Positions 50,966 through 64,000 of a stretch of 64,000 nt of DNA are shown here, piece after piece. A program made the translations under genes and the position numbers. Under the pieces are notes generated by a model. That model saw nothing but the letters and a program-made list of their open reading frames with translations, ran no database searches and had not been told where the DNA came from. Source of the DNA: Takakia lepidozioides (lineage: Eukaryota > Plantae > Bryophyta); NCBI GenBank assembly GCA_030704615.1, contig CM060733.1, forward strand, positions 56,544,001 to 56,608,000, written 5' to 3'. The number at the start of each line of letters is the position of its first letter. Positions within the stretch are counted from its first letter, which is position 1.

Positions 50966-53829
50966 ATGTACTTTTCTGCTTCTTACATTAGGTCTTTTTT
51001 CACCATGATTCATTTCCATCAAGCTCCTCGCGTGCTTTTATAAAAACAATCTATCTCATTCATTGGGTCCATTTTGAATCCACCCACATGACATGCCATC
51101 AATCTAATGAACATTCTTGTTGTCCATCCCCCCCAAAAGATTAATCAAATTCCACGTCGGCACGAACCGCCCAACAAAAGACTTGTGCTCGATATTGTGA
51201 ATTGCACGCAGATAGAGCTTGCCCATGTTATCAACCTCACGATTGAGCACCTCATGTAGCTCTGAGGAGCTCTATTGGGAATCCAGACGTCCTCGATGGT
51301 AGATTCAATGCGATTCCAAGAGGGATTATCATGATCCTTATAAATATCACGAAGATCATCGGTCCTTATTTCCAATAGATTAAAGAAATGATTGTGATCA
51401 TTATTGAACTAGGTTACATGTAGAGGTTTGTCTCTCCTTTGAGGTAAGCTCTTAAATTTGGGGTTGTGTAGCTTGAAATAACATGCAATGCATAATAGGA
51501 ATTCAGTCACAGATAAGCACATATATACCTCGCAACTTGTCCAATTGACTACATAGTGGAAACTAGACAACACAAGAGTAAAAAGTAGTTATTCATGTTA
51601 CTGCAAGCCGGAATCTTGGTCAGGGCAGTTTCAGCCTAACTACAAACAAAACAAGAAAGACAATTGACTCTTAAGACGTACATTGTCGTAGTCTGAAGCC
51701 CATTCACCAATTTGCATAAGCCACACAATACCTCAGTTAGGGGGTGACGCCGGTATTATGACTTCACTCTCAACTCGCAATTCATCTATCATTCCTACAT
51801 ATACTCTATAAGGCACTTTCCAAAATTAGAAGAGGAAGAGACTGCCACACGGCAGGGAGGACAATATATCAGACATGGAGGGAGACTGTCTCCAGAGAGG
51901 GGAGGGGGGGGGGGGGGGGGACAAAGCAGCTGTACACAACACACGCACATCCATAGCAAGTATCTCAGCTTCACACAATGTGTACACCAAGCTCTACATA
52001 CAAATCATAGATCAGATTTTTTTACTCACGATGATAAATAATTTATACGTCGCACCATGGATCAAAGTCAAGCAACTTGACAGAAGTAAATAAGGTATTT
52101 AAATGTAGCTGACTTGAGTACATCCCCATTGTCCCCCCCTCACCATCCATATATTTGATTTTACACTACCATGACTTATCACGCACCTCCCATTGGTAGA
52201 CTCCTCTTCAAGTCATAATTACTTGTTTTGACGTGTGCGCTTGACTCTAGTCTCCCAAACTGGCCCCTCGGTTGGGCCGACTTTGAGAGTTGGTTGCAGT
52301 CTGTATTAGTTATGACATTTGGATGTTTTATACGCTCGAATGCTTCACTAGCTTTGGTCATTGAACGGGCTTGCACCGTTCTCGGATTTGTTAGTACTCA
52401 TTTTATATACTTATGTAGGTACTGTTGGTGTGGGTTGTTCAATCAGCCCATGCCCTATTTGGAGGATCCATGTAAGTCCACTACAACAAATTTGGGTTTT
52501 TATGACTTTGTTTATGACTGCATTTTTAGTTATAACTGACAAATATCACTACATGATCATCTCGGACATCCTGTTATGTGTGCCACCAAGACATATATGA
52601 TAGTAATGTATGTATCTGCTTACGTGACAATTACCTGGATTAATGAAGTCATACATTGGTGTCACAACTATGTCTTCATATGATACTTCATCCATCCATT
52701 CCAGCATAATGCGTGGTTAGGTCTGTATAACACGTGCATTAGTCGTGTCGGTACAAGTGTCAAGCTTCACGATGATCGTCTTTGTGAGATGGTTATGACT
52801 GTCATATATATAACTATAGAAAGACGTGTTTGTATGAGAATTACCAAGTTTGTTTCATTTTTAACATAATATTATCTGAGATCTTGTTGTAGTCATTCAA
52901 AAGTCATTCCTATGACTTCAATGGGATTTATTACCACCACATGGTGCATGGTAATTGTTAGTGCAGTCTAATGTGTAGTCATAGATATAACTCTCAGAGC
53001 AATGTATTACAACATATGCAAGTCCTAATACATGTAAGATATACCGGTGATAAGCAACACAATAAGACATTGAGCAAGACAGAACCAAGACACACTGTAG
53101 TGTGAATATGTGGTAATTCTGCAGTTGTGATTTTTGGCTAAGTTCTTTTGATGAATGTACATTTAGATGAATGTGCATTTGGATGGAGTTTTGGAGTTTT
53201 GGAGTTTTGGATGAAGACATTCATCCGACTTTTCCAGTGAGGACATCTGTTTGGTGTTCGCTTTATCATGCCAATCTTCTAGGGCAAAACTGATTGATTG
53301 CAGAGTGGGTAGTTTAGTTGTTTGGGCATTTATGAAGGGGTTTGATTGATGGATATAGCACACTGATCTACCAGGCTGCATTGAGCTGCATTCATGCGGT
53401 CAAACATTGGACCAAGAACATAGGCTTGGTTTATATAACTAGTAGTCATACACAATACTACACGTCAGACACGTGCCATGTAAGCTTATGACTAAATGAC
53501 TACACCACCACTACACATTGATGACATGCCATAGAAGCTTATGACTACATGACTACAGGAGGTTTCACTTTGTTTATATGACTACATCACTGCACGTGGC
53601 ATCTTAAGGCATATACATGAATGGGTTCATCCATTGGATGACCTCATCCATCTATCTTTAACGAAGCACTTGTGTTAATGGAATGACACAAAGTACAAAA
53701 AGTTAAGAAATTCAAAAAATTGCTTTAGGGTTGCCCACGTTCAGCCGTGAACATGGAGGCCTGGGACTTAGCCTCCTTTTGTCTCCCGCGCTACCATTTG
53801 TTTTTTGTAGTATCGAGCCCAAGCAGTGA

Positions 53830-55410
53830 GAACTTGTGTCATGGAATGGGATGATCGCAGGATATGCAATGCAGGGGCACTGATGCAGCCTTCTTGAGCT
53901 TATTCTATGTGGTTGCATCGAGGATGCGAAGGGAGTTTGCAACGGTATGGCTGAACGATGCTTGCGGGGTATGCACGGCAAGGCCGCGGGAAGGAGGCTT
54001 TGGAGACCTACGATCAAATGATGGCGGAAGGGGTGAAGCCCGACCACATCACGTTTGCATTTGCAATGCATGTGCAAGCCTGGCAGCCCTGGAAAAGGGC
54101 AAAGAGGTCTATGGTGACATTGTCAAAGCTGGAATTGTACCCGATGTCATTCTGAACAATACCCTCATGGACATGTATGCCAAATGTGGCAGTATTGAGG
54201 ATACAAAGGGAGTGTTTGAGAATATGGCTGAACGAAATGTCGTGTCCTGGAGTGTGATGATCGCGGGATATTCCCCAGCATGGATGCGGGATGGAGGCAT
54301 TGGAGACCTATGAGCAAATGATGTGGGAAGGGGTAAAGGCACACCTGGTCACGTTTGTTTGTATATGCAATGCGTGTGCAAGCTTGGCAGCCTTGGAAAA
54401 GGGCAAAGAGGTTCATGGTGACATCATCAGAGCTGGCGTACCCGACGTCATTTCTGAACAATACCCTCGTGGACATGTATGCAAAATGTGGATGCATCGA
54501 GGATGCGAAGGGAGTTTGCAACGGTATGGCTGAACGATGCTTGCGGGGTATGCACGGCAAGGCCGCGGGAAGGAGGCTTTGGAGACCTACGATCAAATGT
54601 TGACGGAAGGGGTGAAGCCCGACCACATCACGTTTGCATTTGCAATGCATGTGCAAGCCTGGCAACCCTGGAAAAGGGCAAAGAGATCCATGGTGACATT
54701 GTCAGAGCTGGAATTGTACCCGATGTCATTCTGAACAGTACTCTCGTGGACATGTATGCAAAATGTGGGTGCATCGAGGATGCAAAGGGAGTGTTCAACA
54801 GTATGGGTGAACGAGATGTGGTGTCGTGGAGTGCGATGATTGCAGGGTATGCACAACATTGAGCAAATGATCCAGGAAGGGCAAGGATATGCACATCGGA
54901 GGTGTGGTATAGAGGCTTCGGAGACGTATGAGCAAATAATGCGGGAAGGGGTGAAGCCGGACCGGGTCACGTTCGTTTGTGTTTGCAATGCGTGTGCGAG
55001 CCTGGCAACCCTGGAGAAGGGTAAAAGGTCCATGGTGACATTGTCAAATTTGGAATTGTACCCGATGTCATTCTTAACAATACCCTCGTGGACATATAAG
55101 CCAAATGTGGCAGTATTGAGGATACAAAGGGAGTGTTTGAGAATATGGCTGAATGAAATGTCGTGTCCTAGAGTGTGATTATCGCGAGATATTCCCCAGC
55201 ATGGATGCGGGATAGAGGCATTGGAGACCTATGAGCAAATGATGCGGGAAGGGGTAAAGGCACACCCGGTCACGTTCGTTTGTATATGCAATGCGTGTGT
55301 GAGCCTGGCAGCCCTGGAAAAGGGCAAAGAGGTTCATGGTGACATCATCAGAGCTGGAATTGTACCCGACGTCATTCTGGACAATACCCTCGTGGACATG
55401 TATGCAGCTG
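53830..55410 (+). pseudogene. Tandem degenerate PLS-class PPR repeats
   Basis: Repeated CNACASLAALEKGKEVHGDI...NTLVDMYAKCGCIEDAKGVF...DVVSWSAMIAGYAQ with many frameshifts. Confidence 0.9.
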
Positions 55411-55584
55411 AGCAGGCACAGATTGAAACACGGCCTGCTAAGGGTGGACAAACTTCTCACATCGTACATTAAGAAAAGCCACACCTTGTGATTGCGGTTG
55501 TCCCACCATCGTGAAGGATCTTTTATAAAACTCATGCCAGCTCACATCATGAACAAGCTAACTTGCAGAATTCTACATGAAATT

Positions 55585-57000
55585 TTAGGGACGACTCTGA
55601 TAACATGGCAAAACAGGGTGAAATGTGGTGAAGAAGGTACCTTCATTAGCAGCGAATTGTTCTATCAATTGTGTTGTTGCCGCTTCTGTTTCCAAGATGA
55701 CATCTGGTACGATTCCAGCTTTGATAATGTCACTATGGACCTCTTCCCTCTTTTCCAGAGCTCCCAGGCTTGCACACGCGTTGCAAACACAAACAAATGT
55801 AATGTGGTTGGGCTTCACCGCTTCGCACATCATTTGCTCATATGTCTCCAAAACATTCCTACCACACCTATGCTTGATAAATCCTTCCAACATAATTCCC
55901 CATGTGATCAAAGATCATTGAGGCATTCTGTTGAACACTTGGTGAGCATCCCTGATGCTCCGGCACTTAACATACATGTTGACAAGGGTGTTGAGTAGAA
56001 TTTTTTTTGGCATGAATCCACTTTGGATAATGTGAGTGTGCACCTGCTTTCCAGCTTCCAGACCTTCCATCTTGATGCACTTAAGCAAGAGTCAGACATA
56101 CATATCTAAATCTGCCGACATGCCTCCTTGGTTTAGAGTCTGTAGAGCCTCTGTCAGGCTGCCTTACGCACAAAATATCTTCACATGCCCAGAAGTGCCA
56201 GAAGAGGCATTGTGGACTCCCTCTCTTGATCCTCTAATTTCAGAAGCTGTGGTCATGGTTGAGGTGCCTGATTTTATCAACTATGCCGTTGCAGCTGTTG
56301 CATTTAGTTGACCATCTACCCATGCAGGTTTCTTGTAGCTACTAATCCACCTGGAATCAAGGTAATCTGGAGCTTGAAGTCCAGCCCTCTTGGATGAATC
56401 TGGACCCACACTCTATCCCTGCTCCTTCAGCTATCCATGCCTCTACACAAATCATGCATACATCCTTGCCTTGTAGCTGATAATGACAGCCTAGATTTGT
56501 TCTACGAAACACCCAACTCAGCTTATTACACTAGTTCTATACTGAATTGCGTCTGCTACTCTCCTGTAATCTAACAGGCATTCACCTTTTTGCCTCGGTG
56601 TCCCACCATTCACTGGGGTCAGAAAAGTATTCATTCCACAGCTTCTCCTCATCTCTGTTACGTGTTTTTGGATACTTTCATGTTGTCACAGTGGCATCAT
56701 GTCAAAGTCACTCCAAACTACATTCACTCAACCAGCTAACTTGCAGAATTCAACATGGAAATTTAGGGCCGATTATGATAAGAGGGAAAAACATGGTAAA
56801 ATGTGTTGAAGAAGGTGCCTTGATTACCAGTGCCTGATTTTATCAGTTGTGCCGCTGCTGTTGCGGCATTCAGTTGACCATCTACCCATGCAGGTTTCTT
56901 GTAGCTATTGATCCACAGGGAATCATAAGTAATCTTGTGCTTGAAATCTGGCCCTCTTGGATGAATCTGGACCCACTCTTTATCCTTGCTCCTTCAGCTA
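55585..57000 (-). pseudogene. PPR gene fragment with N-terminal OSB-like WWDN/PDF motifs
   Basis: The minus strand gives KLWNEYFSDPSEWWD and HPRG(P/L)DFK..IT...WI.SYKKPAWVDGQL, followed by GSLTEALQTL...NTLVNMYVKC...ITWGIMLEGF. Confidence 0.7.
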
Positions 57001-58179
57001 TCTCTGCCACTATGTTCCGGCAAACACCCTAACCCTACTTATCACACAAGTTCCTATGGTGACTTGAGCTTCCAACAGGCATTCACCTTTTTGCACCATG
57101 TCTTTTTGCACCAACGAGCTAACTTGCAGAATTCAACCTGGAAATTTTAGGGATGACTCTGATAACAGGGGAAACAGACTGAAATGTGTTGACTCTCACC
57201 TCATAGGTCTCCAAAGCCTTGGTGGTTCTCACACACCAAATCTGACATTACATGACTACAGACACAAGCAGCACACACAAGAGGTCCTCTTGGATTCATG
57301 GTCAGTCAAATCCTCCATGGGTTATGACACAAGGTTGAGGACAAAGTGGTGAGGGCACCTTCTGCTTCGACCTATTTTAGCCTGTTTTGCCCTCTCATCA
57401 GACTTGGCCTTGAATTTGAAACATCACAGCCAGCTCTAGGGTGTTATCAGGAATAGAGCCTTAAATGGTACATCAGAGCCCCAAACAACCATAGATCCAC
57501 CCAACGAGCTAACTTACAAAATTCATCATAGGTAATCTTGTGCTTGAAATTTGGCCCTCTTGGATGAATCTGAACTCACACTCTATCCCTGTTCCTTCAG
57601 CTATCACTGCCTCTGCAAATCACAAATCATGCATACATCCTTGCCTTGCTGCTAGCAGCTGATAATGACACCTACCAGCAACGAGTAGACTCTAGAAATT
57701 CATGCAGATTTGTTTTAGCAAACACCCCAACCCTACTTATCACACTAGTTCCTATGCTGACTTGCGCTTCCAATAGGCATTCACCTTTTTGCTTTGGTTG
57801 CATCTGCTTCTCTCTGTAATCCAACATGCATTCACCTTAGCCTCCTTGTCCCACCATTGACTGGGGTCCGAAAAGTGTTCATTGCAAAGCTTCTTTTTAA
57901 ATCTTTGTTATCTGTTTTTGGTCACTTCCTGCTGCCACATCAGCACTAACTTGTCAAAGTCACTCCAAACCACCACAGATCCACCCAAAGAGCTAACTTT
58001 CAAATTCAATCCACCGGGATATATGAGACTAGACCCAAATTGCCATTGTAATTCAATTCCCCTGGGAATGGATTTATGTCCATTATTGAGGAATTGTGAG
58101 GTTGATTTCAAACTGCTCCTCTAGTAGAAAGAGAGCGAGGGCTAATACATCTGGATTATAAAGGGGCTGAGAGGAAATG

Positions 58180-58345
58180 TTCATGGATGGTATGGCATGG
58201 CAGCTCGGATGAGGCATCATGGAAGCATGTTGCAAAGTTATTGGTTAAGGTGGCAGCACATGTGGAGATCAATGGGTTTGAGGTGCCTTGCCTGTTCATA
58301 GCTGCCAAAGATGATCTTGAGCCTAATCCTGCTTGCACCCACACT
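58180..58345 (+). pseudogene. Miro (mitochondrial Rho GTPase) C-terminal GTPase exon fragment
   Basis: SSDEASWKHVAKLLVKVAAHVEINGFEVPCLFIAAKDDL resembles the second GTPase domain of plant MIRO, as recalled (SSDE.SW.....LL.+VA...E..G+EVPCL+++AKDDL). Confidence 0.7.
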
Positions 58346-58799
58346 CTGCACTGGTATGGACACCTACTACTTTGTTCCTGTGCTTGGCTGTCTTGGCCAT
58401 GGCAGATTTGTTAGTCTCAGGTCAAGCTGCATGGATAGTTTGTCAATGAGGTGAGAGTCATAGTCTGTTCAAGTGTCAGTTCACATTCTATCGATGGGGA
58501 TATTATGTCTGCCATGAATAGTCTTTCACTGGAATCCACAAAGGCAATTCAGGTATGATCTGCAGTATGTCACTGTGCTATGTCAATTGGAAGCCGTAGA
58601 AGCAACGACACAATTGATACGCACTGCTAATCAAGGCACCTTCTTCAACACATTTCACCCTGTTTTACGACCCTAATTTCCATGTTGAATTCTGCAAGTT
58701 AGCTGGTTGAGTGAACCTTTGATAGTTTGGAGTGACTTTTGACTTGATACTGCCAATGTGACAACAAGAAAGTATCCAGAAACCGGTAACAGAGACAAG

Positions 58800-60002
58800 G
58801 AGAAGCTGTGAAATGAATACTTTTCTGACCCCAGTCAATGGTGGGACAATCGAGGCAAAAAAGGTTAATGCCTATTGGATCACAGAGAGTAGCAGATGCC
58901 ATTGAGCATAGGAACTTGTGTGATAAGTTGAGTTGGGTGTTTCCTAGAAAAAATCTAGGCTGTCATTGGCAGCTGCTAGCAGCAAGGCAATGATGTATGC
59001 ATGATTTTGTGCAGAAGCATGGATAGTTGAAGGAGCAGGTATAGAGTGTGGATCAGATTCATCCAAGAGGGCCGGATTTCAAGCTCCAGATTACCTATGA
59101 TTCCTATGGAATGATAGCTACAAGAAACCTGCATAGGTAGATGGTCAATTGGAAGCCGCATTAGCAGTGCCTGATTATCATTCCACAAGAAACCTGCACG
59201 GGTAGATGGTCAATTGGAAGCCACAGCAGCAGCGGCACATTCGATGTAATCAGGCACTGCTAATGAAGACACTTTCTTCAACATATTTCACCCTATTTTT
59301 CCCTCTTATGAGAATCGGCCCTGAATTTTGATGTTGAATTCTGCAAGTTAGCTGGTCGAATGAATTGAGTTTGAAGTGACTTTGACATGATACTGCCAAT
59401 GTGACAACATGAAAGTATCCACAAACAGGTAACAGAGATGAGGAGAAGATGTGGAATGAGTAATTTTCTGACCCCAGTCAACGGTGGGACAACCGTGAAT
59501 GCATGTCAGATTACCAGATGTCATTCTGGACACCCCTGGTATTGGACCTGTATGACAAATGTTGGTGCATGCAAATGGAGTGTTCAACACTATGGCTGAA
59601 CGAGATGAGGTATCGTGGAGTGCGATACTTGCAGGGTATGCACAACAGGGACGTGGGATGGAGGCTTTGGAGACCTATGAGCAACTGATGGGGGAAGAGG
59701 TGAAGCCCGACCACATAATGTTTGTGTACATTTGCAATGCGTGTGCAAGCCTGGCAACCCTAGAAAAGGGCCAAGAGATCCATGGTGACATCATCAAATC
59801 TGCAATTGTACCAGAACTCATCCTGCACACTCCTCTGGTGGACATGTATGCCAAATGTGGGCGCATTGAGGATGCGAAAGGAGAGTTCAACACTATAGCT
59901 GAACGAGATGTGGTGTCCTGGAACGCGATGCTTGCAGGGTATGCACAACAGGGGCGCGGGATGCAGGCTTTGGAGACCTATGAATGTTGGGAGAAGGGGT
60001 GA
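58800..60002 (+). pseudogene. Inverted copy of the WWDN/PDF motifs joined to PLS-PPR repeats
   Basis: FSDPSQWWDNRGKK (~58820-58862) and RGPDFKLQIT (~59067-59096), then the PPR ORF at 59559-60002. Confidence 0.8.
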
Positions 60003-61739
60003 AGCACATGGTCATTGACTCAAGGTTTCCCACATTTCTATACATTTGTCAAGCTCCCATTTCCTGCTGGTCTAGAGAGTGAACACATATGAAGGCATGT
60101 GCTCATTTGGCTGGCCTTACTCTCGGGTTAGATTGCAAATGTGATGGCCGTTGTATGTGTGCTATCCTAGCTGGTTGCTTGGGCGGCGTAAGCTAGTTGC
60201 TTGGACCCCGATGTTTCTCGGGGGGTTTCTTAGGGGGTTTTCTTTAGTTTTTCTCTTGGGGTTTCTCATGCTTGAATAATGAAGTATATTTTGGGAATAT
60301 ATATAAGACCATGTCAGTGTCTGATGTATTAACCTCCAATATCGTTCGAAGATGTAATGTCCTTTGAGGTTGTTGTGGTGTTTCTATGGATGGCATGTTT
60401 GGTTGTAGTTGTGTCTTTCATATTGTATCATATTGTTGCAGCCTCTTCCAATCTATGCAACAGGGTTGGTGGTAGAATCTTTCTTTGCCACTCTTTGCAA
60501 CTGCCAGCAGGGTTGGCCTTTCATCTTTGCCAATTGTTGTGCTTATGAGAGCTCCAAATGGTTTATTAAATTTCATATTATATTATATTATTTTAATATC
60601 TGAATTAGTCATTTAAAATTAAATAATATTTAATAAATTATAAAATCTATGACCAACACGTGTCAGTCACAGGCCACGTAACATAGTGTTGTAGTGATAT
60701 AGCCATACCCATAGTCATGTAGTCATAAAGATATAAGTACTTCATTGCTCCATCAGGGATGATTACACATGTCAAATCGCAAAGGATCCCACGTGTCACG
60801 CAGACGCCTCTCCATGTAGACGATACGTATCACATCCGGAGGGTCACACGTGTCATGGAGACGCCTCTCCATGTAGGCGCTCTATAGTAGTGTAGTAGTC
60901 GTAACCTTAGTCATAACATTCAGTCGTGTAGTCATCTATTTATGATTACATCACCAAACCCTACATCACTATGCGTCGATGGGCAAGTGCCACATCCTCA
61001 GTGACGACCATGACTTCGCACTTATCACTTTGTAGTCATGGTAGAATTGACTTCGTGTTTGTCACTGCAGAGTGAGGTAGTCATAAAAGCACTTGCAGTG
61101 ATATCCATAGTCATAAAAACGTTAATCTGTACTAGTGGATCATGCCACGAAACTAGTTGAACATCTACCTATGTCTTCCCTTCCGCTGCGGCATGGGTAG
61201 GATATGTCACTACTCTGATAAGCTAGTGTTATTGTCAAGGGTTCACGTTATAGCCCTTTTCTTTCACACCACAACACACCAAAAGATAAAGAGCAGTAAA
61301 ACAGAGCAAATGCAATACTGGGGGAACACTGGACCAAGACAGACCCATAGCAAAAGAACTAGCACCACACCATGATGACCAGAACAAGACACTAGTTGGA
61401 AGAAAAGAAATAGTATCATAGCTCCGAGAAATGAGATCCCATTTACTCAGATATATAGATTCAACACATGAAACTCAGATAGGGTGTGTAATTGGATTAA
61501 CACTAGAGTAATATTGTTCAAACCATATCCCATGTGTTCCCTCACTTCTTTGCGTAGACAACATCTGTTTATGTTGAATTGCACAAAATACAAATTAGAG
61601 AATGGATCCCACTACACAAACAACGGAACGATCCAAAAAGAAAACCACGGTTTCGTGCTATTAACCAATTTGAATGGCATGCCTATAGTAAAGTCGTATT
61701 TGGTAGGTCTCCATAAGCCTCCAACTCACACACATTAAT

Positions 61740-61812
61740 TCCTACGATCATCCCATTCCACGACACCACATTTCGTTCAGCCTTTGTCAAACACTCCCTT
61801 CGCATCCTCATA
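61740..61812 (-). pseudogene. Isolated PPR motif fragment
   Basis: EDAKGVFD...AERNVVSWNGMIVG with a frameshift. Confidence 0.6.
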
Positions 61813-64000
61813 AACCTCCTTGAGTATTCCATACAAAGTCGTGATAGATTTTGCCTAAAGTGATACAGCATGTTCATAAATTCAAAGATCTTTATGCTAT
61901 TTCAGCTTTGCAAGGGCATTCCCTAACTATAATCTTTGATTAGTGCTAATGTTTAGGAAAAAAAGAAAATTATGAAATGCCCATTCATCATAAGATAGTA
62001 ATTTTCTCCTCTCCGTGACTTCACAAATTCTACATAAGGCTCACAATCTAGCCTATTCATGAATACATAACTTTGTGTTTGTCTGTTTGTTTTACAATTT
62101 CAACATGGCGATGGGTTCACTTAAGAATATTCTTTGATCCAAACTAAAGTTCAAGCATAATAGTCACTCCAGTCCGAAGATATGCAGTTATGAAAAATGC
62201 TCTTTGTAGAGCAGAAGACCGTCATTTTCTCTCCAACTTTAACCCTTAAGTTCCCAAGCGACCTGAATCGGGTCACTATGAATTTGAGGTTCGACCTAAT
62301 TTTTGCAGATCTAATCTGATGGGGCTCACTCCTGAAGCTTTAATGACAAGGGATTTGTCTCCGTATGATGCAAAAAACAAAACTAAAAAAAAACAAAAGC
62401 TGCGACCTACCAAAAATATCTTAGATCTCATTTTTACGTTTTGGGCTGAAAAGGGCTTGTTGACCGCTGACATGGCAGGTAAACAAGCCCTAAACAGTTT
62501 GCACTCCAAAGGCCATTTTTGGCAGAAAATTAGCAATTTTGGAAAAAGCACTTGTGGTGTGTGAGCATTACAACACATCCACCATTGGCTTTCAAAAAAT
62601 TTGTAGAAAAAAAAGTACTTCATTTGGAGGCACATTTTCTCTTGTCAATTTTGAGATTTCAACCCCCATGTAATTGCATACATAGCAACCATAGGTGAAA
62701 AAATCAGTTGGACCTGCAATTTAGTGGGGTCATAGCCACTCCACTATTGATTTGGAAATGGTGGGTCTTGGGGCAAGCAAAATTGGATAAAGCTAGGTTC
62801 TGATTTGGTCAAACCAATTTCTTTTTCACTTTTTCTTTGGGACCTGATATTTGAGGTCTGGGCCAACGCTATAATCTCACAATTTCCACTGTGGACTTGG
62901 CTCCTTTTTTGGTATGTCATGCATAAATGAGTTGGGCCCATTGCTATAAGGCTGGAATCTCTGGATGATTTTCGGTAGGTTTCTAGGGGCAATTTAGTGT
63001 AGCTGGGTACCCAAAATTGGTAAAATGTCAAAAAAGGGCTTGGGAACTTGAGGGTAAAAAAAAAAAAAAAGGGCCTGCACAAAGTTCGCAATCCAGTCTT
63101 TTCATAAATTCATTAGGGTAAGTTGGCCTTTGACCAAACAGGCGTCTATGACCGAACACCCCATTAACGCTTCTGTCAGCACCTACGACCATGCAGTGCT
63201 GGTCCCAAGACTGTCCATTTTTGCCATGTGGCAAACAATTGTTTGATAGAACCCCCCAAAAACTGCGATTGGTCATAGGGCTCTGCGTGCACACAAGCAT
63301 TCTGATTGGTTCGACTTTGAAAGCCTATAACTTTGTGTAAAATTCATGAAATCAAATGGTAGCCCCCATACGTGGGACACCTTACAAATTTTACCCGGGG
63401 TAAAAATGACAAGAATTCACCGTTGGATTTTTCACCATCCTCATAGGCCAACATACCCTACCTCATGTTTGTCCGTTCATTGTACAGTTTCAAGTTTCAA
63501 CATGGTGCTGGGTTCACTTAAGAATATTCTCTGATTAAGGCTAAATTTTGAGCAAAATTTACTCTAGTCACAAGGTATGCACCTATGAAACATGCTCTTT
63601 GTACATCAGAAGATAGTCATTTGGCATGACTTAAGAAGCTTATTCATAAATTCATAGCTTTGTTTCAGTTTTTTGTTTTTGTTTTATTTCAAAAACATAA
63701 AAAATTTCATGACCCATTTCTTAAAAGATAAAATAAAATAAAAGGAAATAAAACAGCAGCCATGGAGACCTGTGCTCCAATCCCAGCAGGCGCACTTCCT
63801 GCGAGCTAAAGCAAGGCTGTAGTATGGTTACATCACTCCCTAACCGCCATCTTTTGGTAAGAGCATTGCAAGCATTCAAAATCTCTAGTGGGAAATGTGA
63901 GCATGGAAGGCTGCGGCTTGTCCTTGCTGTGGCCGCACCACGCAGCCGCCGTCAATTCCATTTCAAGGTGCTCGCATCAACCTACCCTCTTGTTTCTATT

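Larger units (their letters stand above)
52479..61137. mobile_element. Probable Pack-CACTA (8.7 kb) carrying host gene fragments
   Basis: TIRs CACTACAACAAATTTGGGTTTTTATGAC / revcomp CACTAGTACAGATTAACGTTTTTATGAC (22/28). ATGACTAC/GTAGTCAT motifs cluster at 52.5-53.6 and 60.65-61.1 kb. The 3-bp flanks GTC/GAT do not match. Confidence 0.6.

Noticed and set aside
57464-57480. Second LTR primer binding site (TGGTACATCAGAGC)
   Set aside because: It has a 2-bp insertion, and no LTR pair or gag-pol is nearby.

Overview
Eukaryotic, plant nuclear DNA, probably from a non-seed land plant (inferred from the PLS-type PPR fragments, Tcn1-like chromovirus and TE content). Host genes: the 3' end of transketolase, an F-box/kelch gene, tRNA-His(GTG), a spliced Ser/Pro-rich gene and a Cys-rich ORF. 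Most of the window is nested, decayed mobile DNA. (1) An intron-rich pseudogene at about 9.7-15.3 kb encodes a ParB/Srx-like domain fused to a beta-class N4C/N6A DNA methyltransferase-like domain; 16 copies of a 24-bp palindrome lie only in its introns. (2) A 15,280-bp hAT element (8-bp TSD AATCGTAG, empty-site copy present in the window) carries a transposase, a protein kinase, an unknown coiled-coil gene, back-to-back long hairpins and a palindrome array upstream of each gene. (3) A Ty3/gypsy chromovirus and an L1 are both split by one ~12.5-kb inversion. (4) There is a CACTA MITE and a probable Pack-CACTA holding PPR, OSB-PDF-motif and Miro fragments. All calls were made by eye without database searches, and exon boundaries in decayed genes are approximate.
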